From assembly GCA_963704415.1 (NCBI GenBank), contig OY969908.1, positions 3,258,860 through 3,322,859 of the forward strand: a stretch of DNA of 64,000 nt, read 5' to 3'. The stretch is from an uncultured Acidobacteriaceae bacterium (lineage in GTDB: Bacteria; Acidobacteriota; Terriglobia; Terriglobales; Acidobacteriaceae). Of the stretch, positions 27,855 to 38,890 are shown piece after piece (position 1 is the first letter of the stretch; the number at the start of each line of letters is the position of its first letter). The position numbers were made by a program, and so were the translations under genes. The notes beneath the pieces are model-generated. The model saw nothing but the letters and a program-made list of their open reading frames with translations, ran no database searches and was not told the origin of the DNA.

Positions 27855-29219
27855 ATGAACACATCAACCACACGCAAGCTTTTCGGAACCGATGGAATTC
27901 GCGGCATCGCAGGCGAGCCGCCCCTCGACACGGCGACGGTCTTCGCTGCCGGCTTAGCAATTGGTCACTCTCTACGCAAGACCGCTTCAAAGCCAAAGGT
28001 CATTCTAGGCCGGGACACACGCGAGTCGAGCGTGTGGATCGCGTCCACCATTGCCGCGGGTTTGCGCGAAACCGGTGCGGCCGTCGAAAGCGCTGGAGTG
28101 GTCCCGACGCCCGCGGTGGCTTTCCTGGCACACACCCATGGATTCGACACGGGCATCGTGATCTCCGCTTCCCACAATCCATGGCGCGACAATGGGATTA
28201 AGCTCTTTGGCGCTGACGGGTTCAAACTCCCGGACGCGCTCGAACTTGCGATCGAAGATGAGATCCTTCACCACGCGGCTGCGACGGTCGCGCCGGATCC
28301 ATCAAGGCTTTCTCCGATCGAAGACAACGCCGACCTTCAAGCTGACTACATCCAATTCCTCATTGATTCTGTTCCGGGGCTACAGCTCAAGGGACTGGGC
28401 ATCGTCGCTGATTGCGCCAATGGCGCCGCTGCGGCCATTGCGCCGACGCTATTCCCTCGACTCGGCGGAAACGTGGCGCTTCTCAACATCGCGCCCAACG
28501 GCCGCAACATCAACGACGGTTGCGGAGCGCTTCATCCCACCTGGGTCGCGAGTGAAGTGATCAGCCGCCGCGCCGAGATTGGAGTCACCTTCGATGGCGA
28601 TGCCGACCGATGCATGCTGGCCGACGCGAAAGGGAACGTGGTCAATGGCGACGCTATCCTGCTGCTCGCAGCCCGGGATCTGAAGTCCCGCGGCCTCTTG
28701 ACCGGAGATTTGGTCGTGGCCACCACCATGTCGAACATGGGCCTCGAGGCGGCACTCAAGCGCTCTGGGATCCGCATGCTGCGCGCACCGGTCGGCGATC
28801 GATATGTGCTCGAGCAGATGCTTGAAAACGACGCCGCATTGGGCGGAGAACAGTCCGGCCACATCCTGTTTCCGCATCTCGCAACGACGGGCGACGGCCT
28901 GCTGACTGCGCTTGTCGTCCTCGATCTGATCGCCAGGACCGGTAAGCGCCTCGATGATCTGACCTCCGATCTGAAGGTGTTTCCGCAGGTGATCATCAAC
29001 GTAAAGGTGCGCGAGAAGAAGCCCATGGAATCGATGCCCGCAGTGGCCAGGCGCATTCGTGCCGCTGAAGACGAGTTGCGCGATTCCGGGCGAGTTGTCA
29101 TTCGCTACAGCGGTACCGAGCCTCTGGCTCGCGTCATGATCGAGGCTGAGAGCGAAGAGGCGATGCGCAGCCATGCTGAGGCGATTGCCGAAGCGATCCG
29201 CAAGGAACTGGGAGTTTAG
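27855..29219 (+). CDS. glmM: Phosphoglucosamine mutase
   Basis: LFGTDGIRG, VISASHNPWRDNGIK, FDGDADR, GGEQSGH, RYSGTEPLARVM. Confidence 0.95.
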   Translation: MNTSTTRKLFGTDGIRGIAGEPPLDTATVFAAGLAIGHSLRKTASKPKVILGRDTRESSVWIASTIAAGLRETGAAVESAGVVPTPAVAFLAHTHGFDTGIVISASHNPWRDNGIKLFGADGFKLPDALELAIEDEILHHAAATVAPDPSRLSPIEDNADLQADYIQFLIDSVPGLQLKGLGIVADCANGAAAAIAPTLFPRLGGNVALLNIAPNGRNINDGCGALHPTWVASEVISRRAEIGVTFDGDADRCMLADAKGNVVNGDAILLLAARDLKSRGLLTGDLVVATTMSNMGLEAALKRSGIRMLRAPVGDRYVLEQMLENDAALGGEQSGHILFPHLATTGDGLLTALVVLDLIARTGKRLDDLTSDLKVFPQVIINVKVREKKPMESMPAVARRIRAAEDELRDSGRVVIRYSGTEPLARVMIEAESEEAMRSHAEAIAEAIRKELGV

Positions 29220-29432
29220 CGGGCGTTACCTTTACCGATTCATGGATAAAGATCGGTCTCCAAAGCACGGACGCCTCAGTTATCGTGCTAATTAGATGCG
29301 ACCATGGAAATCGGTGCCGCGTCTCCCGCTTGATTTGCTCTTCCATGGTCTCGCGGATCCAGCCAGCTATTCCGGCGTTCGAGGAATAGTTCGGTCGCCT
29401 CGAGGAATCGTCTTTGTGAGGAAAGGTCAAAA

Positions 29433-30761
29433 ATGACAAACGCGCGCAGAGACGGTCTCTACTTGGTATTACTTGGCAGCGCCGTATTTCTCATGATCGG
29501 ATCCGCATTGGAGACTGCTGTTCCCGTCACGACCGTGGATTTCAGAGTTGTCTATTACAGCGCACGATGCCTTCTGGAAAACCGAGACCCTTACAACGAG
29601 TCAGACTTAGATTACATATACCGGACACAAGGTGGAGTAACGGCAAAGGACAGTCCCCAAATTCGCAGAAGCGAGAGACGGTATAACTATTTGCCAACCG
29701 CTTTTCCCATTACTCTACCGTTCGCGATTTTTCCGTTTGGCCCGGCGCACTTTCTGTGGCTTGCATTCACCGCAGGCAGCGTGGTCCTCGCGTCGTACCT
29801 CATGTGGGAAATCGGGGCGCAATTCGCACCAATTCTTGCCGGAGCCTTAGTCTGTCTTTCCCTGGCCAATAGTGAGCTGTTTCTAATCTTGGGCAATCCG
29901 GCGGGCGTTGCAATCGGTCTCTGCGTTATAGCCACATGGAGTTTCATGCGCGAGAGACTCGAATATATCGGGGTACTATGTTTCGCCATAAGTCTGATGC
30001 TTAAACCACATGACTCAGGCCTGATCTGGCTCTATTTTCTGTTGGCCGGAGGAGTTCTCCGAAGACGCGCGTGGCAGATCCTTTTAGTGGTCACAATTCT
30101 GAGCATCCCTGCAATTTTGTGGGTCTCGTATGTTGCCCCCAATTGGCCGCATGAACTGCAATCGATCCTTGCAGCTTATTCATCGCATGGTGATGTGAAT
30201 GATCCCGGACCGTCCTCCATGGCTTCTCACGGCATTGGGATGGTTATCAGTCTTCAAGCAGTGATTAGCGTCTTCCGCGACGATCCACGATTCTACAATC
30301 CTTTGACTTATCTCGTGTGCGGGGCGCTTCTACTTGCTTGGTTGGTTAAAGTGGTGCGTTCGCCGAACACGCCAAACACGGCTTGGTTCGCCCTTGCGCC
30401 CATTGCGGCTTTTTCGATGTTGCCCATTTACCACAGGATCTATGACGCCAGACTCCTTCTCATTACGATTCCTGCGTGCGCAATACTGTGGAAAGAGGGA
30501 GGCGCGGTAGCATGGTTTGCTCTGATCGTGGATGCAATTGGCATCTTGTTTACGGGAGGCGTGCCGTGGGCCATTTTCTTTGCTTTTCTGAAGCATGCGC
30601 ACTTACCTTCAGCAATCTCTTCTGGAATGCCCCTCATAGTTATGCAGGTCTTCCCCGCACCTCTCGCAGTGTTATGCGCAGGAGTTTTTTTCCTATGGGT
30701 CTTCGTGCGACGCTCTCCGGCCGGCATAGAGACGCTCTCAAGCGAAACCGGAAACGTGTGA
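29433..30761 (+). CDS. GT87/DUF2029-like membrane glycosyltransferase, paralog 1
   Basis: DFRVVYYSARCL..DPY, YNYLP, LMLKPH, HRIYDARLL; about 10 TM segments. Confidence 0.75.
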   Translation: MTNARRDGLYLVLLGSAVFLMIGSALETAVPVTTVDFRVVYYSARCLLENRDPYNESDLDYIYRTQGGVTAKDSPQIRRSERRYNYLPTAFPITLPFAIFPFGPAHFLWLAFTAGSVVLASYLMWEIGAQFAPILAGALVCLSLANSELFLILGNPAGVAIGLCVIATWSFMRERLEYIGVLCFAISLMLKPHDSGLIWLYFLLAGGVLRRRAWQILLVVTILSIPAILWVSYVAPNWPHELQSILAAYSSHGDVNDPGPSSMASHGIGMVISLQAVISVFRDDPRFYNPLTYLVCGALLLAWLVKVVRSPNTPNTAWFALAPIAAFSMLPIYHRIYDARLLLITIPACAILWKEGGAVAWFALIVDAIGILFTGGVPWAIFFAFLKHAHLPSAISSGMPLIVMQVFPAPLAVLCAGVFFLWVFVRRSPAGIETLSSETGNV

Positions 30762-30840
30762 AACGTGTGAATACCGAGTTACAAATTGGCAGGATGATTC
30801 CAACATATCGCATGAGTCTCCACTTAAGCAGAGGGTCAGT

Positions 30841-32181
30841 ATGATCAAAGCACGGACTGACGGCTTGTATCTGATGATACTGGGAACGGCGGTCTTTCTC
30901 TTGCTCGGATTTGCATTGGAAAATGCCGCACCTGTGTCGACAGCAGACTTCCGGTTGATGTATTACAGTGCTCGTTGCCTGCTCGAGCATCACGATCCGT
31001 ACAACCCGAACGAGTTACAGCAGATTTATCGGGCGGAAGGCGGAGAGAGCTCGCACGATACGTCGAAGATTCGTACGACTGAAACTCAATACATCTATCC
31101 GCCAACCGCGTTTTCGATCACAATACCCTTTGCGATACTACCTTTTTGGGCTGCGCAAATTCTGTGGCTGCTGGCGACAGCAGGGAGTTTGATCCTCGGC
31201 GCATTTTTGATGTGGGAGGTCAGTGCACAGTATGCACCGCTTCTTTCCGGGGCTCTAATTGGGCTGACTCTCGCAAATTGCGAGTTGTTCCTCGCGATCG
31301 CCGGCCCGGGCGGAATCGCGATCGGCTTATGCATCGCAGCCGCTTGGTGTTTTGTTCGAGAGCGGTTCGTTATCTTGGCAGTTTTCGGCCTGGCGATCAG
31401 TCTGATGTTGAAACCTCACGATTCAGTGTTGGTCTGGCTCTATTTCTTTTTGGCCGGCGGAACATTTCGAAAGCGGGCCGTGCAGGCGGCACTTGTAATT
31501 GTTGTGTGGAGTTTGCCGGTTCTGGCATGGACTTCGTATGTTTCCCCCCATTGGGTACACGGATTACTGACCAATCTGGCGGCCAATTCCGCGCACGGAG
31601 GACTGAGCGACCCCGGCTCCGCTTCTGCTGCTGGACATGGCATCGCGATGATCATCAGCCTCCAAACGGTATTCAGCTTTTTTAGAGACGATCCGCGATT
31701 TTACAATTCCGCAAGTTACGTTGTTTGCGGTGTGCTCCTCGTAGTGTGGGCAATTGGGACACTGCGTACGCGCAGTTCACTCAAAACCGCTTGGTTTGCC
31801 ATCGCCCCAATCGCTGCTCTTTCGATGCTTCCTATCTATCACAGACTGGATGACGCCAAGCTCCTGTTACTGACGGTTCCAGCCTGCGCTATGCTCTGGG
31901 TCAAAGGCGGACCGATCGGGCGCCTCGCGGCCCTGCTGAATGTTCTCCAGATTCTTTTTACGTCGGGAATTCCGTGGGCGATCTTCTTTCGCCTCCTCAA
32001 GCATTTCTCAACCTCTATTAGTTGGTTACCTAGCCCTCTACTAATAGCAATGCAGGTATTTCCTGTCCCTATCATCTTGCTTGCCGCGGGGTGTTTTTAT
32101 CTGTATGTCTATGTGATGACCTACCCGGGCGCAGCAGACGGAAATCATACTGCCTTCTATGCGAATCCAGGGGGGGAATGA
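30841..32181 (+). CDS. GT87/DUF2029-like membrane glycosyltransferase, paralog 2 (tandem duplicate)
   Basis: DFRLMYYSARCL..DPY, YIYPP, LMLKPH, HRLDDAKLL; colinear with paralog 1. Confidence 0.75.
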   Translation: MIKARTDGLYLMILGTAVFLLLGFALENAAPVSTADFRLMYYSARCLLEHHDPYNPNELQQIYRAEGGESSHDTSKIRTTETQYIYPPTAFSITIPFAILPFWAAQILWLLATAGSLILGAFLMWEVSAQYAPLLSGALIGLTLANCELFLAIAGPGGIAIGLCIAAAWCFVRERFVILAVFGLAISLMLKPHDSVLVWLYFFLAGGTFRKRAVQAALVIVVWSLPVLAWTSYVSPHWVHGLLTNLAANSAHGGLSDPGSASAAGHGIAMIISLQTVFSFFRDDPRFYNSASYVVCGVLLVVWAIGTLRTRSSLKTAWFAIAPIAALSMLPIYHRLDDAKLLLLTVPACAMLWVKGGPIGRLAALLNVLQILFTSGIPWAIFFRLLKHFSTSISWLPSPLLIAMQVFPVPIILLAAGCFYLYVYVMTYPGAADGNHTAFYANPGGE

Positions 32182-32272
32182 CCAAATCGGTGCCGTCTGA
32201 CTGAAATGCTTTCACTGAACCATGCATCGGGTCGAATGGGTCATCAGTGGACGAATAATCTAAATTGCTTGT

Positions 32273-33508
32273 TCAGCTCTCCGATCCGCTACCCGGGACG
32301 GGCCGTCCACCAGGAAGTAAGATTACATGAGACGCTTGACATTTCGCATTGCAATATTTGAGGGTTACGAGCAAAACAGAGCTGGTCACAAAAGCGAATA
32401 AGCCAAAGTGGCCGATTAACAGAAAGAACAGCATGCAAAGGCACGTTGCAGCGCAGATTGACATTACCTTCCGATTTGCGACAAACAATGCCAGCACAGG
32501 AATGATTAAGAGAATCAGATCGTGAGCGAAGAGATGCACGCTCAGAAGGAGTGCTGCCGCAATGAGCGGAGGAAACAGGACTTCTGGCGATCGTTGCTGG
32601 CGCAATCTCCACGCAACAACCAAAAAGAGCAGCGTGGATAGGATAGCCGTCAGCAACAACGTATTCGCGCCAAAGCCCAGCGACCATACGATTCCGCGTA
32701 TGTTGGGCATTGCGCTAGGCTCGCCGGAAAATACCCTGCCCGAGCCGGAAGCGGCTGCTTTCCATAGCCCCTCCATATCGCGAAAGCCTCGGAGCCCTAC
32801 GATGCCAAGGCTAAGGAGCAGAATCGCAGTGCTGCCTCCAAGAAAGCCCTGCAGGAATCGATGACCACGCCGCCAAATGAGCATTGCGGCTAAGGGAAGA
32901 ATCAGTTGGGGCTTGACCATAGCGGCAGCAATGAGAAAACCGGCAGGTCGATCCTTCTCCCGGCACAAGAACATAAGTGACGACGAGAAGAGCAGAAGAA
33001 CGAGTATCGAATCCTGCCCTTGATAAAGCGTGACGACTACGGGAAAAAATCCGACAGCGAGCAGGAAGACGTGAAGCCTGACTACGTTGAATATGTCCGC
33101 CAAAAATCGAGTTGAACAAATCAACATACAGACGGACACGACGCGCCAAATCCACAGCGCAAGCTTCATCGGCAGGAATGCGAGAGGTACGAAAAGTAGT
33201 GCCTCGTATGGGAAATGCATAAAAGGCATCAGTCCCGGTCTTCCGAGGACTCGATGCTGGAATTCAAGCTGAGCTTGTGGATTGAACATGTAAGCGGAGT
33301 GCCCTTCGACGATCAAACCTCCGGCTGTGTAGAGGCCAGAGAAATCAAGATACGTAGGGTTTGCATTCCTCAGGGCAAGCAGAAAGAAAGTGAAGTTAGC
33401 GACTCCAACGCACATTATGAGAAGGAGAGCGTCGGCTGAAAAGGACCACCTTGTGCTTTCATTCGTTGGATTCATTTCACTCAATTGCCGCTTCATAGTG
33501 GATGTCAC
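32273..33508 (-). CDS. GT87/DUF2029-like membrane glycosyltransferase, paralog 3 (divergent)
   Basis: DFSGLYTAG, FMHFPYE, YQGQDS, MVKPQL, HLFAHDL. Confidence 0.75.
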   Translation of the reverse strand: MTSTMKRQLSEMNPTNESTRWSFSADALLLIMCVGVANFTFFLLALRNANPTYLDFSGLYTAGGLIVEGHSAYMFNPQAQLEFQHRVLGRPGLMPFMHFPYEALLFVPLAFLPMKLALWIWRVVSVCMLICSTRFLADIFNVVRLHVFLLAVGFFPVVVTLYQGQDSILVLLLFSSSLMFLCREKDRPAGFLIAAAMVKPQLILPLAAMLIWRRGHRFLQGFLGGSTAILLLSLGIVGLRGFRDMEGLWKAAASGSGRVFSGEPSAMPNIRGIVWSLGFGANTLLLTAILSTLLFLVVAWRLRQQRSPEVLFPPLIAAALLLSVHLFAHDLILLIIPVLALFVANRKVMSICAATCLCMLFFLLIGHFGLFAFVTSSVLLVTLKYCNAKCQASHVILLPGGRPVPGSGSES

Positions 33509-33601
33509 GATAGTTCCCTGGTTGATGCGACTTCTTGCACCGGGATGAAAAGGCGCCGAGGCAAAGTGTAGTAATTACCCATTGGTCAATTCGCCTGATT
33601 G

Positions 33602-34321
33602 TTATCTGCGCACTATATTGTATTTACAGATGCACCATAGCGCCCTGATACCATCGCGCCAGCCGATTTTCTTTCCCTCTGCATAGGTACGGCCATTGTA
33701 CGAAATACCTACCTCGTAGATTCGTACCTTTGCTTTGGCGATCTTGGCCGTGATCTCTGGCTCGAAACCGAAGCGGTTCTCCTCAATTCGAATCGCCTGA
33801 ATGATCTCGCGGCGAAACGCCTTATACCCTGTCTCCATGTCGGTGAGATTCAAATCCGTCGCCATGTTCGAGCACATGGTGAGAAAGCTGTTCCCAACCG
33901 AGTGCCAGAAATACAGAACCCGGTGGGCCCCGGCACTCCCTAGAAACCGCGAACCAAAGACCACGTCTGCTTTGCCGGACAAGATCGGAGCAAGCAACAA
34001 GCAGTATTCCGTTGGATCGTATTCCAAGTCGGCATCCTGAATGACGGCGACCTTGGAAGTCGCGTGCGCGATGCCGGTGCGCAGCGCCGCGCCCTTACCC
34101 TGATTCACTTCGTGCCGATATAGCTTGACGCGCGGGTCGCTAGTCGCCAATAACTGCAATCGATCCCAAGTGCCGTCGGTAGAGGAGTCATCCACAATCA
34201 CCAACTCCTGCACCGGGCGTTGCGCGAGAACCACGCTGACAACGTCGGCCACGGTTGCGGCCTCATTGTAGACCGGCATTACCGCAGTGAGACAGGGTTC
34301 AATATCATGATTGGATACCAT
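33602..34321 (-). CDS. GT2 glycosyltransferase, polyprenyl-phosphate sugar (DPM/ArnC-like) synthase type
   Basis: [59 protein letters not shown]. Confidence 0.9.
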   Translation of the reverse strand: MVSNHDIEPCLTAVMPVYNEAATVADVVSVVLAQRPVQELVIVDDSSTDGTWDRLQLLATSDPRVKLYRHEVNQGKGAALRTGIAHATSKVAVIQDADLEYDPTEYCLLLAPILSGKADVVFGSRFLGSAGAHRVLYFWHSVGNSFLTMCSNMATDLNLTDMETGYKAFRREIIQAIRIEENRFGFEPEITAKIAKAKVRIYEVGISYNGRTYAEGKKIGWRDGIRALWCICKYNIVRR

Positions 34322-34397
34322 TGTGGACATCGTAACATCCGGTGAGGTTAAGACAAGGAAGCAGGTTTGACGATGAATTACATATGTACCTTAGGTG

Positions 34398-37085
34398 CTA
34401 GAGGTCCCGCCAATTTGGACCGAAGCCCAAGTCTGCGATGAGGGGGACAGATAGCTTCACAACGCCTTCCATCTCCCCACGGACCAGCTTCTCTACTTCT
34501 TCGGTCTCGTCGGCGGGTACTTCAAACAATAACTCGTCGTGAACCTGCAAGACCATGCGCGTTCTAAGTCGTCGCTCCAAGATCTTGCGATCCAGGGCAA
34601 TCATGGCTAGCTTGATGAGGTCCGCAGCCGTGCCCTGGAGGGGCGTATTAATGGCGGTGCGTTCTGCGAAGCCGCGCCGGTTTGGATTTCTGCTTTCGAT
34701 ATCTGGAATTGGCCGCATTCGCCCGAACATTGTGCGCACGCTTCCTTCGCGTCGCGCTCCCTCAAGGGTCTTTTCGATGAATGCCTTCACTCCTTCGTAG
34801 CGCGCGAAGTAGCGGTCAATATAGGCACGGGCCTCGCTCTGAGGGATTCCCAACTGTGCGGCGAGGCCGAAAGGTGAAATCCCATACACAATCCCGAAGT
34901 TGACGGCTTTTGCGCGGTTGCGCGTTTCCTTGTCCATCGATTCCGCCGGGACACCGAAGACCTCACTTGCGGTCAGCGTATGAATATCTTCGTTATAGGC
35001 ATAGGCCCGCACCAGGAGCGGATCGACGCTGAAATGAGCCAGGAGCCTCAGCTCGATTTGGGAGTAATCGGCGGAGAGCAATTGCATCCCCGGCGCGGCG
35101 ATGAACGCGGCGCGAATCTCGCGGCCCAGCTCTGTTCGAATCGGTATGTTTTGAAGGTTTGGATTGACCGAAGATAGTCTTCCGGTTGCGGTGGCTGCTG
35201 CCTGGAAAGTGGTATGGACACGCGCCCCTTCGTCGGCTTGCAGCGGCAATGCATCAATATAGTTCGATTTCAACTTAGCCAGGTGCCGGAACTCAAGGAC
35301 CAAGAGCGGGACCTCGTGTACCTCTGCTAGTTGTTCCAGAACGTCCTGGGCTGTTGAGACCACCTTACCTTTTCCTCGGACCATCGGAGCAGGCAAGCCC
35401 ATATGCGTGAAGAGAACCTCTCCGAGTTGCTTGGGAGAGCTGATGTTGAAGCGGCGTCCTGCGAGTTCGAAAATTCGTTCGCCCACTCGCTCCAGTTCGA
35501 CCGCAAACCGCTTCGAGAGGCCATCCAGAGCACTGACATCAATGCGCACGCCTGCTCGCTCCATCCGATAGAGCACCGGCGCCAGGGGGAGATCGATGTC
35601 GTTGTACACACGTGCCACTTCGGTTCGCTCTGCTTCTGTCCTAAGGGCTGGAACCAACGCATCGATTGCCGCAGCTGCTGCGGGGAGTGTGGAAGGTTGC
35701 CCCTGGCCGTGACGGGCTGCAACGTCCGCGAGGGTTTGCGTTGTGTGTGTCGGATTCAAGGCGTAAGAAAGCAGCATCGCGTCATCGATTACGCCTGCCG
35801 GCTCAACGTCGAACCCGCGAAGCACATGGAGAGCCAGCTTCAGGTCATGGACTCGCTTCGGCACACTTGCATCTTGCAGTAATGCGCGCAGCTCCTGCGT
35901 GAAAGGCAGCTGAAGCGCGACGCCACGTTCAGCGGAGACGCCAATATTGCACCTTGTCTTTTCCTCTGCCTTTTCGATCGCATCCAGCAGCGAAAGGGAT
36001 TGCTGGGCGTTTTCGTCGGTCTCCTCCTCCAGGGGCTCAGCGGCATCGAGCGCGAACGCGAAACCATGCGCACGCGCCGCCTTGTAGAAAGCAGCAAGTT
36101 GCTCCGAATCCGGATTCTCGATCAGCTGAATTGGAGCTGCGGTGGGAGAGGGCACAAGCTCCCGCAACATCGAAGTGAATTCGAGCTCGGTGAAGAGTTC
36201 GCGGCAAGCTTCAATATCCGGCGGCAGAGTCGTCATGGCTTCGAGATCCAATTCGAGGGGCACATGGCAGTCGATGGTGACTAATTCTTTCGAGAGCAAT
36301 ACAGCATCCCTATTCTGTTCCAGGCTCTCGCGGTAACTTTTCCGCTTGACCTCGCTCGCCCTGTCCAGAACAGCTTCCACGCTGCCGAATTGAACGATCA
36401 ACTCGACGCTCCCCTTGTCGCCGATGCCCGGCGCGCCCGGTATATTGTCGACCGAATCGCCGCGCAGGGCCATGACATCGACCACTTTCTCCGGCGGGAC
36501 GCCAAGCGTTTCAAGAACCTTGGCCGGATCGAGGATGAGATTGTCCTTTTGCGGGTTGAGTACCTTCACTTGCGGCGTGACAAGCTGCATCATGTCTTTG
36601 TCGCCGGAGACGATGAAGACTTCGTGCTCACGTTCGGCTGCTTCGCGCGCTAGTGTACCGATCACGTCGTCGGCTTCGAACCCCATTGCCTCGAGAACAG
36701 GGATCCGGAGCGCCTCGAGGGAGCGGCGGATGTACGGTATCTGCCGCCGCAGATCTTCCGGCATCGCTGCCCGGTGGGCTTTGTATCCCTCGTAACTCAC
36801 GTCTTCGAAGGTTTTCGTACGCGAGTTCCACTTGCGCAACATACCCATCGCGCGTGCCCGCTCGTCGCGAAAGACTTCGCCACTGACGTCAAACACGGCG
36901 GCAAAGTAGCGCGGGGAGAAGTCCTGCCGGAGCTTCTTGATCATGTTGACGAACACGTAGGTTGCGGCTGTGGGCAATCCCGCCCGCGTCGACATGGGTC
37001 GACTCCGCTGCATCGCATGGTATGCGCGAAAGATAAACGACATCGCATCGAGCAGAAAGACTGGCGGCTTGGCTTCGTCTGGCAC
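34398..37085 (-). CDS. polA: DNA polymerase I
   Basis: 5'-3' exonuclease (GFEADDVIG, GDSVDNIPG) and polymerase motifs (TGRLSSVNPNLQNIP, ADYSQIELR, VNFGIVYG, LQVHDEL). Confidence 0.98.
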   Translation of the reverse strand: MPDEAKPPVFLLDAMSFIFRAYHAMQRSRPMSTRAGLPTAATYVFVNMIKKLRQDFSPRYFAAVFDVSGEVFRDERARAMGMLRKWNSRTKTFEDVSYEGYKAHRAAMPEDLRRQIPYIRRSLEALRIPVLEAMGFEADDVIGTLAREAAEREHEVFIVSGDKDMMQLVTPQVKVLNPQKDNLILDPAKVLETLGVPPEKVVDVMALRGDSVDNIPGAPGIGDKGSVELIVQFGSVEAVLDRASEVKRKSYRESLEQNRDAVLLSKELVTIDCHVPLELDLEAMTTLPPDIEACRELFTELEFTSMLRELVPSPTAAPIQLIENPDSEQLAAFYKAARAHGFAFALDAAEPLEEETDENAQQSLSLLDAIEKAEEKTRCNIGVSAERGVALQLPFTQELRALLQDASVPKRVHDLKLALHVLRGFDVEPAGVIDDAMLLSYALNPTHTTQTLADVAARHGQGQPSTLPAAAAAIDALVPALRTEAERTEVARVYNDIDLPLAPVLYRMERAGVRIDVSALDGLSKRFAVELERVGERIFELAGRRFNISSPKQLGEVLFTHMGLPAPMVRGKGKVVSTAQDVLEQLAEVHEVPLLVLEFRHLAKLKSNYIDALPLQADEGARVHTTFQAAATATGRLSSVNPNLQNIPIRTELGREIRAAFIAAPGMQLLSADYSQIELRLLAHFSVDPLLVRAYAYNEDIHTLTASEVFGVPAESMDKETRNRAKAVNFGIVYGISPFGLAAQLGIPQSEARAYIDRYFARYEGVKAFIEKTLEGARREGSVRTMFGRMRPIPDIESRNPNRRGFAERTAINTPLQGTAADLIKLAMIALDRKILERRLRTRMVLQVHDELLFEVPADETEEVEKLVRGEMEGVVKLSVPLIADLGFGPNWRDL

Positions 37086-37245
37086 GCTACAGAGTCTATC
37101 AGGTTAGAAACGAGGGTCCTCCGGGTGACGGCGGCGACGCCAACAATGCGGAAGGGCTCGTGGCGTTGACGGATGAAATGCCGAAAGTACTGCGCCGCCT
37201 GTGTTTCTCTTGCCGCCTTGTTCGATGGTCAGATACCGTGATTCT

Positions 37246-38787
37246 ATGACTCCTCAATCAGTCGAGCAGGAAGCTTCTTCTGAAGGATTCGAAGGCGTTG
37301 GAGATGAAGCTCGATTGACGCGCGTCGTCAAGCGGATCTTTGGCCGCCACCTGATGGATATGGCGATCCTGGTGCTGCTTCCATTGGTTCTGTCTGGTTT
37401 ACGCGACAGAGAGCACGTCCTAGGCGATCCGGATATCTGGTGGCACCTTGCGAATGCGCGCATCCTTTGCGAGTCGCATCATTTTATACACATCGAGCCA
37501 TATTCATTCTCGGTCGCTGGCCAGCGCTGGGTCGATCCCGAATGGCTGTCGGAGCTCCCGTTTTGGTTTGGCTTCAAGGCGTTCGGATTAGTTGGGATCT
37601 ATCTCGTGGCTTGGTTGGGCGTCTGCGCGAATGTCTTGTTCGTTTACTGGCGGAGTTACCTCGGCATGCGGCATGCCGGCGTCGCCCTCTGGATGTCTGC
37701 CCTCGGATTCGTATTGATGTGGGTCAATACCAATGCGCGGACGATCCTTCTTGCCTATTTAGTCATGTCGGTGGAACTTGGGATTCTGGAGGCTGCGGAA
37801 CGAGGCCGTCCTCAAAAGCTGTGGCTTCTGCCGCCGCTCTTCTGTCTCTGGATCAATCTCCACGGAAGCTGGCTCATCGGGGTTGGGCTGCTTGTTCTTT
37901 ACATCGTCTGCGGGCTGTTCCGCGTCAGCGCCGGCACCTTCCAACAGGAGAGATTCTCCAGTGAGCAGCGCAATCGACTCTTGGTCACGCTGGGTGCAAG
38001 TCTGGCGCTCCTCTTTGTCAACCCTTACGGTTGGCGGTTGGTCTGGAACCCGTTGGATATGGTCTTTAACCAGTCGCTGAACATTGCCAATGTCCTGGAA
38101 TGGCAGCCCCTGAATCTAAGCTGGAATGTTGGCAAAGCTGCAATCATTGTCATAAGCCTGACCATCCTCGCGAATGTGATCCACAGCCGGAAATGGAAGA
38201 TCTACGAACTCGCGTTCATTTTCTTCGCGTGGTATGCGGCTTTCGACCATGCACGATTTACTTTCCTTGCGGCTGTCGTGACCATCCCAATGCTCGCCGC
38301 TGATATGAAGCGGAGTTTTTTCCCTATCTCGAACCCAAAGACAATCCCGCTGATGAACGGCCTGGTGGCCGCCGGCGTTATCGGTGTGATTGTCTGGTAT
38401 TTTCCGACCAATTCGCGGCTTCAGAAGGGCCTCGTTGAAGGGTTTCCTCTGCAAACCATCGCATCTGTTCAGCCTGCCTGGCGCACGCTCAATGAAGAGC
38501 ATATTGGCGGCATGATGGATTTCAATTTCAAGCCCACGTTTATTGACACGCGGTGGGATACATTCGAGCATCATGGCGTTTTCAACGACTATCTCGACAT
38601 CTTTCGTCTTCGCAACCCACTGCCGCTTTTGGACAAGTATCGGGTTGATCATGCGCTGCTTAGGAAAGATGAGCCTCTTTCCTATGTTCTTGAGCGCTCT
38701 CCCGGATGGAGTGTGGTGCGAACTGAAGGGCAGGGGCAGGATCGGTACGAGCTTTTTGTGAACTCACGCGAGGCTGGAAAGCGTTGA
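37246..38787 (+). CDS. Polytopic membrane protein, putative GT-C fold ('DPDIWWHL' family), paralog 1
   Basis: GDPDIWWHL..EPYSF..WVDPEWL, LWINLHGSW, VNPYG, FIDTR.D; 10 or more TM segments. Confidence 0.65.
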   Translation: MTPQSVEQEASSEGFEGVGDEARLTRVVKRIFGRHLMDMAILVLLPLVLSGLRDREHVLGDPDIWWHLANARILCESHHFIHIEPYSFSVAGQRWVDPEWLSELPFWFGFKAFGLVGIYLVAWLGVCANVLFVYWRSYLGMRHAGVALWMSALGFVLMWVNTNARTILLAYLVMSVELGILEAAERGRPQKLWLLPPLFCLWINLHGSWLIGVGLLVLYIVCGLFRVSAGTFQQERFSSEQRNRLLVTLGASLALLFVNPYGWRLVWNPLDMVFNQSLNIANVLEWQPLNLSWNVGKAAIIVISLTILANVIHSRKWKIYELAFIFFAWYAAFDHARFTFLAAVVTIPMLAADMKRSFFPISNPKTIPLMNGLVAAGVIGVIVWYFPTNSRLQKGLVEGFPLQTIASVQPAWRTLNEEHIGGMMDFNFKPTFIDTRWDTFEHHGVFNDYLDIFRLRNPLPLLDKYRVDHALLRKDEPLSYVLERSPGWSVVRTEGQGQDRYELFVNSREAGKR

Positions 38788-38890
38788 AGATCGATTGACA
38801 GATTTGCCAAGGGATCGGTTGAAGCCGCAAAGGGCGAATCGCAGAGTCAGGATCTGATCGGCCCAAATCGGCAGGAATGGTTGGTGCCGG

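Noticed and set aside
30751-30772. GAAACGTGT tandem repeat (two full copies plus a partial) spanning the GT87 paralog 1 stop; superficially parS-like
   Set aside because: It is not palindromic, does not match parS, and is too short to assign a function.
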